Positions 29,358 through 38,947 of a stretch of 64,000 bases of DNA are shown here, piece by piece. The stretch lies in contig MFRM01000005.1 in the NCBI GenBank assembly GCA_001784555.1, forward strand, positions 99,802-163,801. Direction: 5' to 3'. The position numbers were made by a program, and so were the translations under genes. The first letter of the stretch is position 1. Each line of letters begins with the position of its first letter. Source of the stretch: Candidatus Melainabacteria bacterium RIFCSPHIGHO2_02_FULL_34_12 (GTDB lineage Bacteria; Cyanobacteriota; Vampirovibrionia; 2-02-FULL-35-15). The notes under the pieces were generated by a model. It was not told where the DNA came from. It ran no database searches and saw nothing but the letters and a program-made list of their open reading frames with translations.

Positions 29358-30359
29358 TTACATAATCCCATAAGATTTTGGTAGTAATGTCTCATCTGCC
29401 TCTGGCATTGAAATATCTTGTCCAATTTTTAGTAAACAGAATGCTTTATCAATAATTGTAGCTAACGATTTTACAGGTGCATGGTGTGCGTTAAGGATTG
29501 CATGAGCTTTTGCTCTTTGCCCATCAAGCAAATAATCACCTTCATAGTATCTGTTCATTGATATAAATAGTCTGCATAATTCTGGATTTGATTTTTCTAA
29601 GCTTCCTAAAAAGTCTGCATTTTCAGAAAAAACAGCTGTATAGTAGCCCGCTGGATTTTGTCTAAGTTTTTCTAAAGCTTCTTCGGGAGTTCTAGCCCAT
29701 TCAGTTTTTTCAGAAAAGTTGTCACTTTCATACATATTAATAATTCCCTTGAAATGGTCGCTAAGCGAATATTCATTCCAAATATGTGAGTGTAAAAGTA
29801 TTTTCCCACTTGCTAAGTGTGATTTTGCTTTATCGACAACTGTTTGTGTTTCATTTGCCTCTGGTGGTGCAGAAACAGTTGTAGGATTGCGAACCTCAAG
29901 AACTTCAAATAATGGTGCGTATAAAGCATCAGCAATTTTTTCAGCAGTCATGTTTGGGAAGACAGCTAAATGAGCAGTATTATCGTTTACTTTATCTGAT
30001 TTATCACTTGCAACATAAATGCAAAGTACATCCCTGTCATGGTCTCTTTTTGCACCTTTTAAAGCATTAATATGTTTAGTGTCAGCTACAACTCCCAGCC
30101 AATCACCTCTTGGATCAAACTCATCAGTGATTATTATTCTTTCAGGAGGTATGCCGCTTAAAATTAGCCTTTCTCTTATGCTTGCGGCAGCACATGGAGA
30201 CTCAGCAAGAACTGCTATATTACCTGTTTCATTTGGGTAAGCAAGGATAAGTTCATTTAGATCTTTTACAGCTCGAACCGATAAATCTGGCAGAGTTTCT
30301 GCTGCAGGCAGTGATGGACTAGAAGTAAATCTTCGATTGGCTGGTTCTATAATAGTCAT
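29358..30359 (-). CDS. hypothetical protein (orphan)
   Basis: 333 aa ORF, no recognisable motif. Confidence 0.4.
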   Translation of the reverse strand: MTIIEPANRRFTSSPSLPAAETLPDLSVRAVKDLNELILAYPNETGNIAVLAESPCAAASIRERLILSGIPPERIIITDEFDPRGDWLGVVADTKHINALKGAKRDHDRDVLCIYVASDKSDKVNDNTAHLAVFPNMTAEKIADALYAPLFEVLEVRNPTTVSAPPEANETQTVVDKAKSHLASGKILLHSHIWNEYSLSDHFKGIINMYESDNFSEKTEWARTPEEALEKLRQNPAGYYTAVFSENADFLGSLEKSNPELCRLFISMNRYYEGDYLLDGQRAKAHAILNAHHAPVKSLATIIDKAFCLLKIGQDISMPEADETLLPKSYGIM

Positions 30360-30443
30360 GAAGGATATTTTATAAGCTATCAGAAGTCATAAATGTGTAT
30401 TATTAAAGATATTTTATCTTTTGAATAGCCAAGTCTTTGTAAG

Positions 30444-31286
30444 TTAAGTAAAAAGTAATTTTTGAACAAAGGGTGCTGTACTTAATCTTGCAACTGTTGC
30501 ACTATCAGTCAGTTTAATTTCTCTAGTGGCTTCTGGTGGAGGGTCTTCTTCTACAGAAAGGTTAAAGTAACGCAGATAAAGAGGTTTCATTCCTGTGAAC
30601 AAATTTACTAACTCAAGTGCAAGAAGAATACGATGTTTATTTTTAATTGCATCAGCAGAATTAATCCTTGCTTGAGTTATAAGATCCTGTCCAAGAGCAA
30701 CCTTAGCTTTAGCGATTTTTTCTTTTGCAATAGCTTGTATATCTGTTTGGTCAGTATGCTGACTTATAAGTCTAAGAAAGTCATCCTCATCGGGTGAATG
30801 AAACTTAAGTAGCTCTCTATTTCTATTAAAAGATGGTTTAAACAATTCACTGAGCAATTCATATGCTCTATCGCATGCATCTTGCATTTCCGGATCAAGA
30901 GGATGTCTTTCTTTTAATTGACCATGCCTTCGATGTGCATCCGATAATCTTTCTAAAGCACTAAAAATCGTTTCAATCCTGTTTGCATAACCGTTGGGAT
31001 TAAAAATGCCGTTTGTTATTTCCTCGTGAAAGATTTTATTTACTGCATAAATAAAGGCAGAGAGATTTAATCTGTTTACAGTTTTTCTTCTGCCTGTACT
31101 GTTTGAGGTTTTATGATAAGCAAGATCAATCTGACTCTTAAAAAGTGCTCTTTTGTAGTTAAGTCCTGACAATTCAATAATAATTTCAAATGGATCAGAG
31201 CTAGCTGAAGTAATTAACGGACTGACAACAGTTTGTGGCAGTGCTGTTGTTGTATTTCTTACGGTATCTGCAATAGCTGGTGACAT
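30444..31286 (-). CDS. hypothetical protein (orphan)
   Basis: 280 aa ORF co-oriented with the preceding orphan. Confidence 0.4.
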   Translation of the reverse strand: MSPAIADTVRNTTTALPQTVVSPLITSASSDPFEIIIELSGLNYKRALFKSQIDLAYHKTSNSTGRRKTVNRLNLSAFIYAVNKIFHEEITNGIFNPNGYANRIETIFSALERLSDAHRRHGQLKERHPLDPEMQDACDRAYELLSELFKPSFNRNRELLKFHSPDEDDFLRLISQHTDQTDIQAIAKEKIAKAKVALGQDLITQARINSADAIKNKHRILLALELVNLFTGMKPLYLRYFNLSVEEDPPPEATREIKLTDSATVARLSTAPFVQKLLFT

Positions 31287-31339
31287 TGTTTAAATGTTAG
31301 CAAGATAGGTAAAGAATCAGAATGTATTATTAAAGGAAT

Positions 31340-32794
31340 TTAATTTTCTTTGTTCTTTTTTGGTTTAAAACCCTTTAAGAGGCTGCTTTGTGGCTTTATT
31401 TGTGATCTTTGCATATTATTTGGCATAACATTTCCAGGATTCATCATGCCTTTTCCCTGTCCGCTAAACATACCCATCATTTTTTTCATTTTTGAGAATT
31501 CACTGACTAATTGATCTGCATCTTTTTCTTTTAGTCCGGCCCCGCGTGCAATTCTTCTTTTTCTGCTTAGATTTAAAAGAGATGGTTTCATTTTTTCTTC
31601 TTTACTCATGCTTTGAATAAGGGATTTAAACTTTTTCATTTTTACTTCACCTTCAGAAAGTAATTTTTCCTGAGTGTTTTTATCTATGTTTACTCCCATA
31701 TTCCCAAGCATTCCACCCATGCCCATCATATTAAATATATTTGAAAAATCACCCATCTTTGACATCATGTTTTGAGCAGAAAGAAAAGATTCAAAATTAA
31801 AATCACCTAACAATTGTTTTTCTATTTCTTTAGCCTCGTCTTCTTTTATTTTTTCCTGGGCTTGTTCTACCAGAGTTAGTACATCACCCATTCCAAGGAT
31901 TCTAGATGCCATGCGCTCAGGATAAAACTCCTGAAGATCGTCAATTTTTTCTCCAACACCTGCAAACTTTACTCGTTTTCCTGTTTCCTCTACTACAGAA
32001 AGAGCGGCGCCGCCTCTGGCATCACCGTCCAGCTTTGTAAGAATAATTCCTGTAATTCCAATCTGTGTGTTAAATGCAGCTCCTATATTTGCTGCTTCCT
32101 GACCCAACATAGAATCTATTACCAAAAGTTTTTCATCTGGTTCAACAGTTCTGTCTATAAGCAAAAGCTCAGCCATCATTTCTGTATCGATCTGTAATCT
32201 CCCTGCGCTGTCAAGGATGACTACGTCGTGGTTATTTTTTTTTGCGTGGTCAATAGCGTTTTGCGCCAGTAGGGGCGTATGGCCATACGCCCCTATATCG
32301 CCTGGCATTTGATATACTGCTATGCCAATTTGATTTCCTAGTATATTTAATTGCTCCACAGCAGCAGGACGTTTTAAATCTAATGGCACTAAAAGCGGGT
32401 TTTTACCTTTTTTCTTTAAAAAGTTTGCCAGCTTTGCACAGGTAGTAGTTTTACCGGCACCCTGAAGACCGAGCATTAATATTACAGATGGCGTAGCATT
32501 GATGTTGAGACGCTCCATTGGGGTGTCTGTACCGCCAAGAAGATTTGTAAGCTCATCACTAATTATTTTTATAAAAAACTCGCTGGGAGAAACTCCCTTT
32601 AAAACTTCCTGACCAATTGCTTTTTCACGTACCTTATTTGTAAATGTTTTAATGGCTTTTAAACTAACGTCAGCATCTATAAGTGCTCTTTTTATCTCAC
32701 GTATGGCAATATCAATATTTTCTTCAGTAATTTTTGACTGAGAGCGAAGAGATTTAAAGATGTTTTGGAGATTTTCTGTTAATTGATCGAACAT
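31340..32794 (-). CDS. ffh: signal recognition particle protein Ffh
   Basis: 484 aa; GLQGAGKTT, DTAGR, KLDGDARGG, M-domain Met-rich tail. Confidence 0.9.
   Translation of the reverse strand: MFDQLTENLQNIFKSLRSQSKITEENIDIAIREIKRALIDADVSLKAIKTFTNKVREKAIGQEVLKGVSPSEFFIKIISDELTNLLGGTDTPMERLNINATPSVILMLGLQGAGKTTTCAKLANFLKKKGKNPLLVPLDLKRPAAVEQLNILGNQIGIAVYQMPGDIGAYGHTPLLAQNAIDHAKKNNHDVVILDSAGRLQIDTEMMAELLLIDRTVEPDEKLLVIDSMLGQEAANIGAAFNTQIGITGIILTKLDGDARGGAALSVVEETGKRVKFAGVGEKIDDLQEFYPERMASRILGMGDVLTLVEQAQEKIKEDEAKEIEKQLLGDFNFESFLSAQNMMSKMGDFSNIFNMMGMGGMLGNMGVNIDKNTQEKLLSEGEVKMKKFKSLIQSMSKEEKMKPSLLNLSRKRRIARGAGLKEKDADQLVSEFSKMKKMMGMFSGQGKGMMNPGNVMPNNMQRSQIKPQSSLLKGFKPKKNKEN
32269..32296. repeat. 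GTAG...CTAC palindromic element (GGGGCGTA subfamily) in ffh
   Basis: gtaggggcgtatggccatacgcccctat; encodes GDIGAYGHTPLL. Confidence 0.8.
32505..32532. repeat. degenerate element in ffh, related to copy at 23784
   Basis: ttgagacgctccattggggtgtctgtac; encodes GTDTPMERL. Confidence 0.5.
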
Positions 32795-32952
32795 GATTTT
32801 AAGATCTATTCTATTAAAAAATTCAAGGAAAACATATATTTGTATGTGTATATTTGTTTAGGCAATATTTTTCTCTCAATATTAAAATTTTTTAATCTGT
32901 AAGAAGAGAAAATCCTCTTTATTTTATGTAGAATATCCTGTAACTAATCGAT

Positions 32953-34533
32953 ATGAAAGTACAAAGACCAACTCAAACTCAAAGCCAGTTGCCCGCAGAT
33001 TATTTTAGGCAAGTAGTTAACGAACACGATGGCAGATTAAATCATAAAAAGGTTCAAAGACCAAATACTTATTTGCCTGGTCAACTTGACTTGCTTGGAG
33101 AAGGTAATCCAGCTACCTGTCTCCAAATAGGAGGATTTGCATTAATTAATCCAAGGCTTATAGGTCCAGGTATTAATCAGCTTTTGTCCGATTTAGGCAG
33201 GCAGCTTCCGCTTGATTTTGTAATTTCTGATGTTTATGAACCAGAAAGATCATATGAAGCTGCACTTGTAGACGGTGCCTGGAATGTGACCGGTGAAAAA
33301 ATAAAAAGAATAGGTTCTGAAATTATATCTAACAGACTGGCTGCTTTGTCTCAAGGATCAGATGAATATCCAAGAGGCCTGCCGTTAAATAGAGTTGTCA
33401 ATTATGTCCCAAGAAGTTTATTAGAAAGTGGAGCATTAGAAAATGGTGTTCTTAAATTAGACGGCAGAGAAGTTGAAATAAAATTTGGTTTTGTCACTAC
33501 CCCTGTAAATGATCACGCTCCTGCAGTTGAATTATTGACTTCAAACGGGATTGGGAATGTATACAATGAAAAACCTTACGGACAAGCAATGAACCCTCAA
33601 TTACCTGACATTATCGAAAGACAAATGTTAGCTGGTGCAAAGGGAGTGGACTTTTTTGTTTATGGTGAAGCAATAACTTATTTAAAAGAACATGAGGATT
33701 TACTTAGACAGTTTGGAAACCTTACAGCCATTCATGCTGTTTGCAGTGAACCGTGGCTACCGGAACCCGGAAGAGAATGGTTGATGATTGAGGAAATTGC
33801 AGGAAGCGGGGTTTTTGCTGATACTGCCTCCCATTCAGCAGCAATGACGGATGATTTTATTAGATGGTGGTGTAGGAATGAAGGATTAAGTTTAAACAAT
33901 GCTTCTCTGGATGCGTTTGACAGAGCAAGAATTCTTGGATATGAAGCAGGTGACTTACATCTTGAAACGTATGGAACAACAAAAGGTTCTCTTAGTACGA
34001 AAGATGGCAGGGTAGAGATTTCTCTTAGCGGTGGAAAAGGCGCAGGAGGCAGGCCAGGTGGTTCCCAAGGAACAGAAGAATCATTCTTAGGAATGGTCCT
34101 TGAGTTTGAAAAAGGAAGAGTAATAGTAAATCTTGGTTATCCTAAAAAACATAATCCGCATGTAGTTTATATTCCTGATGACAGAGCAGAAAAAGTTGAA
34201 TGCCATGAAATTTTAAATGGTGCTCTTGGCTACAATGTAATGCTTGCGGATTGGGCAGTTAAATCACAAGGACATGACATTGCAGATGGAAGAATCCAGA
34301 ATTGTTCAACAGCAGCAAGAAATGCCATGGCTTATTTAACAAGAGCATATGCTCAGGCAAAGCAAGAAGGTTATCTGCTTAGTTTTTATCCTTTAGGTGA
34401 AATACCCATGGGTAACTTTGCGCAAGGAGCAGTATATCCAAGCATAGAAATTGCAGGAACTCAATCTGCATTTGAAGTTATGGGGAAATCTGCAGGGATA
34501 AATAGAAACAAATTTCCTTTTTCTCTCTCTTGA
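32953..34533 (+). CDS. hypothetical protein (orphan)
   Basis: 526 aa ORF, Gly-rich stretch, no recognisable domain. Confidence 0.4.
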   Translation: MKVQRPTQTQSQLPADYFRQVVNEHDGRLNHKKVQRPNTYLPGQLDLLGEGNPATCLQIGGFALINPRLIGPGINQLLSDLGRQLPLDFVISDVYEPERSYEAALVDGAWNVTGEKIKRIGSEIISNRLAALSQGSDEYPRGLPLNRVVNYVPRSLLESGALENGVLKLDGREVEIKFGFVTTPVNDHAPAVELLTSNGIGNVYNEKPYGQAMNPQLPDIIERQMLAGAKGVDFFVYGEAITYLKEHEDLLRQFGNLTAIHAVCSEPWLPEPGREWLMIEEIAGSGVFADTASHSAAMTDDFIRWWCRNEGLSLNNASLDAFDRARILGYEAGDLHLETYGTTKGSLSTKDGRVEISLSGGKGAGGRPGGSQGTEESFLGMVLEFEKGRVIVNLGYPKKHNPHVVYIPDDRAEKVECHEILNGALGYNVMLADWAVKSQGHDIADGRIQNCSTAARNAMAYLTRAYAQAKQEGYLLSFYPLGEIPMGNFAQGAVYPSIEIAGTQSAFEVMGKSAGINRNKFPFSLS

Positions 34534-34545
34534 TTATTATCCTAT

Positions 34546-34569
34546 TGCGGCACTTAATGGTGTGCCGCG
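34546..34569 (+). terminator. possible terminator hairpin after orphan gene
   Basis: gcggcac-ttaatggt-gtgccgc; the T-run is ~15 nt away rather than immediately after. Confidence 0.3.
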
Positions 34570-34693
34570 ACGATTATCCCAGTTTTTAAATATGTTTTGA
34601 AGATTGTCAGATAATTGGTCAAACATTGTTTTATGGTAAAGACATAGATATTAACCTCTGATATAATACTAAATAATTAAAAAAGGAGAAAAT

Positions 34694-35050
34694 ATGTCTA
34701 TAGTTCAAGCTGCTTTAGCGCCTGGCGCAGTAAAGCCTTCCTCATTAATTAAACCGGGAGCCCGTATATCCGATATTCCAGTAAAAAACAGTGATGGCAG
34801 TCCTTTAGATGGATACGCTGTATTTATCAGTGGTAATCTGTCGCCTGCACTTACAAATGTAGGAATATTTAGAGAGCCTTTTAAAGGACCTATTAACTTT
34901 TCAAGAGAAACAAACACAAAAACAGTATTTCTTTATCCTAGTCAGTTGGGTTTATCAGTGTTAGATAGCGAACAAAGAGATGTTAGCCATGATTTTATAG
35001 TAACTGCCCAGGCTCCTATGAATTATAAAATCCCTCGCTGCCACGCTTAG
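34694..35050 (+). CDS. hypothetical protein
   Basis: 118 aa; strong SD aaggag 8 nt upstream. Confidence 0.4.
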   Translation: MSIVQAALAPGAVKPSSLIKPGARISDIPVKNSDGSPLDGYAVFISGNLSPALTNVGIFREPFKGPINFSRETNTKTVFLYPSQLGLSVLDSEQRDVSHDFIVTAQAPMNYKIPRCHA

Positions 35051-36596
35051 CGGTTACGAAGTGTTTTTCAATAACCTCTTTATTTAAAAATCCCTGAATA
35101 TTGTCCCATGGCAGTTTTATTTTCTCATCCCACTTTTTAAAAATAAAATAATCTGCATTTATTTTTTCTTCTTTCAATGCTTTATTAAAGCTGCCAAGAG
35201 TACTTCCATATTTATATGCTTTTACAAGTGCTTTATTTATGCTTCTGTCTCCGCGTGATATAAGTGCCTGAATAAGTGACCATCTGTAACTTTCTGCTCT
35301 AAAATCCACTCCTATTTGATGCAGTTCTTTTGAATAATATTTTAATTTTTTTTCAGCGTCTTTATCTACTCCATACCACTGGAATGGTGTACCTGCTTTT
35401 GGTACAAAGACAGAACTTCCCCAGACTAGCTTTTTAGTTTTGTTTTTTAATTTAATTTCTTTCAAGAAATTAACAGTTTCTTTTAAATCACTATCGGTTT
35501 CATGTGGTAATCCAACCATTCCATAAAGTTTTATAGATTTAAAACCAGCATTATAAATAGTCTCAATAGAGTTTGTTATGGTCTGGTTGCTGACTTTTTT
35601 ATTTATTATCTCGCGCAGTCTTTCTGAACCTGTTTCAACTGCCATGGTTATTGACTTTGCGCCTAATTCAAAAAGTCCGTTCGCAAGATTTTTAGATATA
35701 GTATCTGCTCTTACTGATGCAATCTGGACATGGATTTTATTTTCCTTGTTTTGTCCATTGAGATATTCAATCAATCCTTCAAATTCCGGATGTTGTGTAA
35801 CCGATGCTCCGAGCAACCCGATTTTATTTGTATGTTTTAAACCAAAATCAATTACTGGAATTAAACTTTCTTTTAAATCAGGTGTACGGAAAGGAAGTGA
35901 ACCGTAACTAGCTAAACAAAACCTGCAAAGCTCAGGACAGCTGCGTACTACCTCGACAATAAAAGTATCAGGCCAAACGGAATTTGGGGTAAGGATGGAT
36001 GAGGAGGTAAGGTTACCACGATTTGTTTTTCGTTTTGTTGTAGGGAACAGTCGCAACTGTTCCCTACAAGAGGGAACATAAACACCATCTAATTTTGCCA
36101 AGGCATTTAATTTTTCCTCACGGTTTAAATCTTTTATTTCAACAATTTTATTTATAAAACCTTCTGCAATTTCTTCTAAATCGCCAGTCAGAAAGAAATC
36201 AAAATTATCACAAAATGGCTCAGGATTTGCATTTGGGACCTGTCCGCCACAAAATATAATAGGATCCTTTTCGCCTCTTTCATTTGAATATAAAGGAATA
36301 TTATTTTTTTCTAACATTGAAAAAATATTTTTATAATCCAGCTCCCACGAAAATGAAAAACCTACGTATGAGGGTCTAGCATTGAAACCTGATTTACCGG
36401 AATTTTCTTCTATATCCGTAAACCACCGTATGGCTTTTAAATCCTCGTTCTGATTAAATAACTTCCATGCAGTTTGAAAACCCAGACTTGCCATACCGAC
36501 AGAGTATATATTTGGAAATGCAATTGCCATGAGGCTTGCATCTCTTTGCTTAGCAGGTATGTTAATTATGATTTTTTCTTCTTGAAATAAAGACAT
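35016..36596 (-). CDS. B12-binding-domain radical SAM protein
   Basis: 526 aa; CPELCRFC (CxxxCxxC) radical SAM motif; N-terminal B12-binding-like domain. Confidence 0.7.
   Translation of the reverse strand: MSLFQEEKIIINIPAKQRDASLMAIAFPNIYSVGMASLGFQTAWKLFNQNEDLKAIRWFTDIEENSGKSGFNARPSYVGFSFSWELDYKNIFSMLEKNNIPLYSNERGEKDPIIFCGGQVPNANPEPFCDNFDFFLTGDLEEIAEGFINKIVEIKDLNREEKLNALAKLDGVYVPSCREQLRLFPTTKRKTNRGNLTSSSILTPNSVWPDTFIVEVVRSCPELCRFCLASYGSLPFRTPDLKESLIPVIDFGLKHTNKIGLLGASVTQHPEFEGLIEYLNGQNKENKIHVQIASVRADTISKNLANGLFELGAKSITMAVETGSERLREIINKKVSNQTITNSIETIYNAGFKSIKLYGMVGLPHETDSDLKETVNFLKEIKLKNKTKKLVWGSSVFVPKAGTPFQWYGVDKDAEKKLKYYSKELHQIGVDFRAESYRWSLIQALISRGDRSINKALVKAYKYGSTLGSFNKALKEEKINADYFIFKKWDEKIKLPWDNIQGFLNKEVIEKHFVTAKRGSEGFYNS
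36040..36067. repeat. 28-bp GTAG...CTAC palindromic element (perfect) in radical SAM gene
   Basis: gtagggaacagtcgcaactgttccctac; sister of copy at 42210. Confidence 0.85.
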
Positions 36597-36975
36597 GATA
36601 CGTTATTATTGTACGTTAGATTTAGCGATAATCATGAACAAACCAAATAAAAAAGTAATTCAAAGTGAAGAAATTTACGAAATATATGACAGGTTAAATA
36701 AACATTATTTTAACGGGTCATTGCCATATATTAGGATACTTTGGACAAATACATTTGGGCATGGAGAATGGTTTAAACAATTTGGGGATTTTATTGCACT
36801 ACCTGGAAAGAAACCGTTTATAAGGCTTTCACAAAAGCTCTGTAGTGATCCAAAAGAAATAGCACGTGTTCTTTATCATGAAATGGTTCATTTTTGGCTC
36901 TATGTAAATAAGAAACCATGGGGTCATACGAAAGAATTTAAGAAAAAACTTAAAGAGTTTAAATTAGAAGTGTAG
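36595..36975 (+). CDS. SprT-like zinc metalloprotease domain protein
   Basis: HEMVHFW...H (HExxH + downstream H); true start may be the ATG at 36634. Confidence 0.5.
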   Translation: MIRYYCTLDLAIIMNKPNKKVIQSEEIYEIYDRLNKHYFNGSLPYIRILWTNTFGHGEWFKQFGDFIALPGKKPFIRLSQKLCSDPKEIARVLYHEMVHFWLYVNKKPWGHTKEFKKKLKEFKLEV

Positions 36976-37017
36976 CTTTTTAAAGTCATATAAATTTTTC
37001 TGCTATTATTATTAACC

Positions 37018-38139
37018 ATGGCATTGCATCTTGTAAGAACAAAACAAATCACCTCTCAGAATATTGAAAAAAATATTGAAAATATTCCGGAGCTAATGAA
37101 TGCTTGTTTATTTTATGGACCTTATGATATACGAAATGAAAAAATCTCTGTTCCGCAAATTAACGATAATGAGATACTTGTAAAAATTAAAGCAGCTTTA
37201 ACTTGTGGCACTGATTTAAAAACCTTTCAGAGGGGTCATCCACTTTTAATAAAATCTATCCCTTCTACTTTTGGACATCAGTTCTCAGGAGTAGTAGTTA
37301 AAACTGGTACAAATGTTAAAAACTTTAGCGTGGGACAGAGAGTAGTAGCACTTAATTCCACTCCATGTTACCAATGCAGATTTTGTATAAAAGAACAATT
37401 TAGCCTCTGTGAAAACATTGAATTTTTAAATGGAGCATATGCAGAATACATTGCAGTACCTGAAAACATAGTTAAGCATAATACTTATGAAATCCCGGGA
37501 AATATTCCATTTGAAGCTGCTGCATCACTTGAAGGACTTGCAGTAGTAATTCATGGAATTGAAAGATCTGAAATATCCAGTGATAAAACAATTTGTATTA
37601 TCGGCACAGGATCAATAGGTCTTATGTTTGTAGCTCTTGCAAAACTAAACGGCGCTAAAGTTATTTCAATAGGCAGAAAAGATTACAAATTAAATGCAGC
37701 AAAAAATCTTGGAGCTGATTATGTTTTAAATATGACAGAGTTTGGAAATCCTGAAGACTTGCAAAAAAAAGTAAATAATCTGACAAATGGTTTCGGGCCT
37801 GAAATAGTTATTGAAGCTGTGGGTCAGCCAGAGACATGGGAACTTGCTACTAGATTAGTCACCAGAGGCGGACTGGTTAATTTTTTTGGAGGATGTAAGA
37901 AAGGTTCTAAAGTCGAACTTGATACTTACAGGCTTCATTATGATGAGCTTAAGTTAATAGGAGTTTTTCACCATACTCCAAAACATGTACAAACCGCTTT
38001 AAATCTACTTAAAAACGGCTCATTCCATGAAAAAGTATTTGAAAAGATAATTACCCATATTGTTCCTCTCAGAGAACTGGAAAAAGCATTTTTAATGCAT
38101 CAGTCCGGAGATGCAATTCAAGTAGCTGTTAAGCCCTAG
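37018..38139 (+). CDS. zinc-dependent alcohol dehydrogenase (MDR family; threonine/sorbitol dehydrogenase-like)
   Basis: 373 aa; catalytic and structural Zn Cys clusters (CGTD, CYQCRFC), GTGSIG Rossmann. Confidence 0.75.
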   Translation: MALHLVRTKQITSQNIEKNIENIPELMNACLFYGPYDIRNEKISVPQINDNEILVKIKAALTCGTDLKTFQRGHPLLIKSIPSTFGHQFSGVVVKTGTNVKNFSVGQRVVALNSTPCYQCRFCIKEQFSLCENIEFLNGAYAEYIAVPENIVKHNTYEIPGNIPFEAAASLEGLAVVIHGIERSEISSDKTICIIGTGSIGLMFVALAKLNGAKVISIGRKDYKLNAAKNLGADYVLNMTEFGNPEDLQKKVNNLTNGFGPEIVIEAVGQPETWELATRLVTRGGLVNFFGGCKKGSKVELDTYRLHYDELKLIGVFHHTPKHVQTALNLLKNGSFHEKVFEKIITHIVPLRELEKAFLMHQSGDAIQVAVKP

Positions 38140-38170
38140 TTATATCTTAAAGTCATTTATTTTCTTGATT

Positions 38171-38350
38171 TGTATCACGGGAGTTTTATTGCGCCCGAGC
38201 GAAAAACTCGGGAGCTTGCTCCCGGAGATGTGAGCGAGTAGCAACAAAACGCCTCCTTACTAACGCTTCCCGATGCCCATGGCTCAAATCGGCGAAAAAC
38301 TCTGTGAGCTTGCTCCAGAGATAGTCGATTTGAAGGGAGGCGTTTTATAA
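38171..38350. other. GC-rich structured element with tandem direct repeats nested in an 11-bp inverted repeat
   Basis: direct repeats at 38199-38242 and 38291-38335; IR aaaacgcctcc/ggaggcgtttt at 38246-38256 and 38336-38346; T-run follows. Confidence 0.5.
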
Positions 38351-38392
38351 TCTTATGTTGTGGTATAAATTACATTAAAGGAGTTACAGGAT

Positions 38393-38947
38393 ATGAAATC
38401 CGCAAGAAGATATTTAATAGTACTAACAGCATTAATCTCGTTAATAGCATTTTCAAACAATCTTTCCATTGCACAAAATAAAGAGACAAACTTAGAGGAA
38501 AGAAAAGCAATGACAGGCGGAGGCGGGACCTCTGGAGTTGTTGATTCAGCATGTGCATGTCTGGAGCCAGGCAATAAAGCTATTTTAAAAGCTTACGGTT
38601 CGCTAGAAGAAGATGAATGGCCAAAAGCAATAGTTGAATCAAAAAATGCCATCGAAACAATTAATAACCTTGCTAAGACATGTAAGTGTCCTGAAGTTGA
38701 TACATATAAAAAGGTTGCTGACTCATTTCTAAAATATGCTCAGGGTGGAAATCACCTGGATGGAGCTGATGAACCAAATTGTCCATTTGCACTTAAGGTC
38801 TACGGAGAAGCTATCAGCGGATTAACTGAGGCAATACCGAAAATTACAAACAAAGACGTTAAAGATAATGTTAAAAACATTCTTGAATATGCTCAGGAAG
38901 AACAGCAGTTTGTAAAAGATGAGTGTCAAGAAGAGAAAAAATCCTGA
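38393..38947 (+). CDS. secreted Cys-containing hypothetical protein
   Basis: 184 aa; signal peptide MKSARRYLIVLTALISLIAFS; SD aaaggag. Confidence 0.45.
   Translation: MKSARRYLIVLTALISLIAFSNNLSIAQNKETNLEERKAMTGGGGTSGVVDSACACLEPGNKAILKAYGSLEEDEWPKAIVESKNAIETINNLAKTCKCPEVDTYKKVADSFLKYAQGGNHLDGADEPNCPFALKVYGEAISGLTEAIPKITNKDVKDNVKNILEYAQEEQQFVKDECQEEKKS

Noticed and set aside
32001-32020. Palindrome-like agagcggcgccgcctct inside ffh
   Set aside because: It encodes the universally conserved GDARGGAALS G-domain motif and lacks GTAG/CTAC termini, so it reflects coding constraint, not an element.
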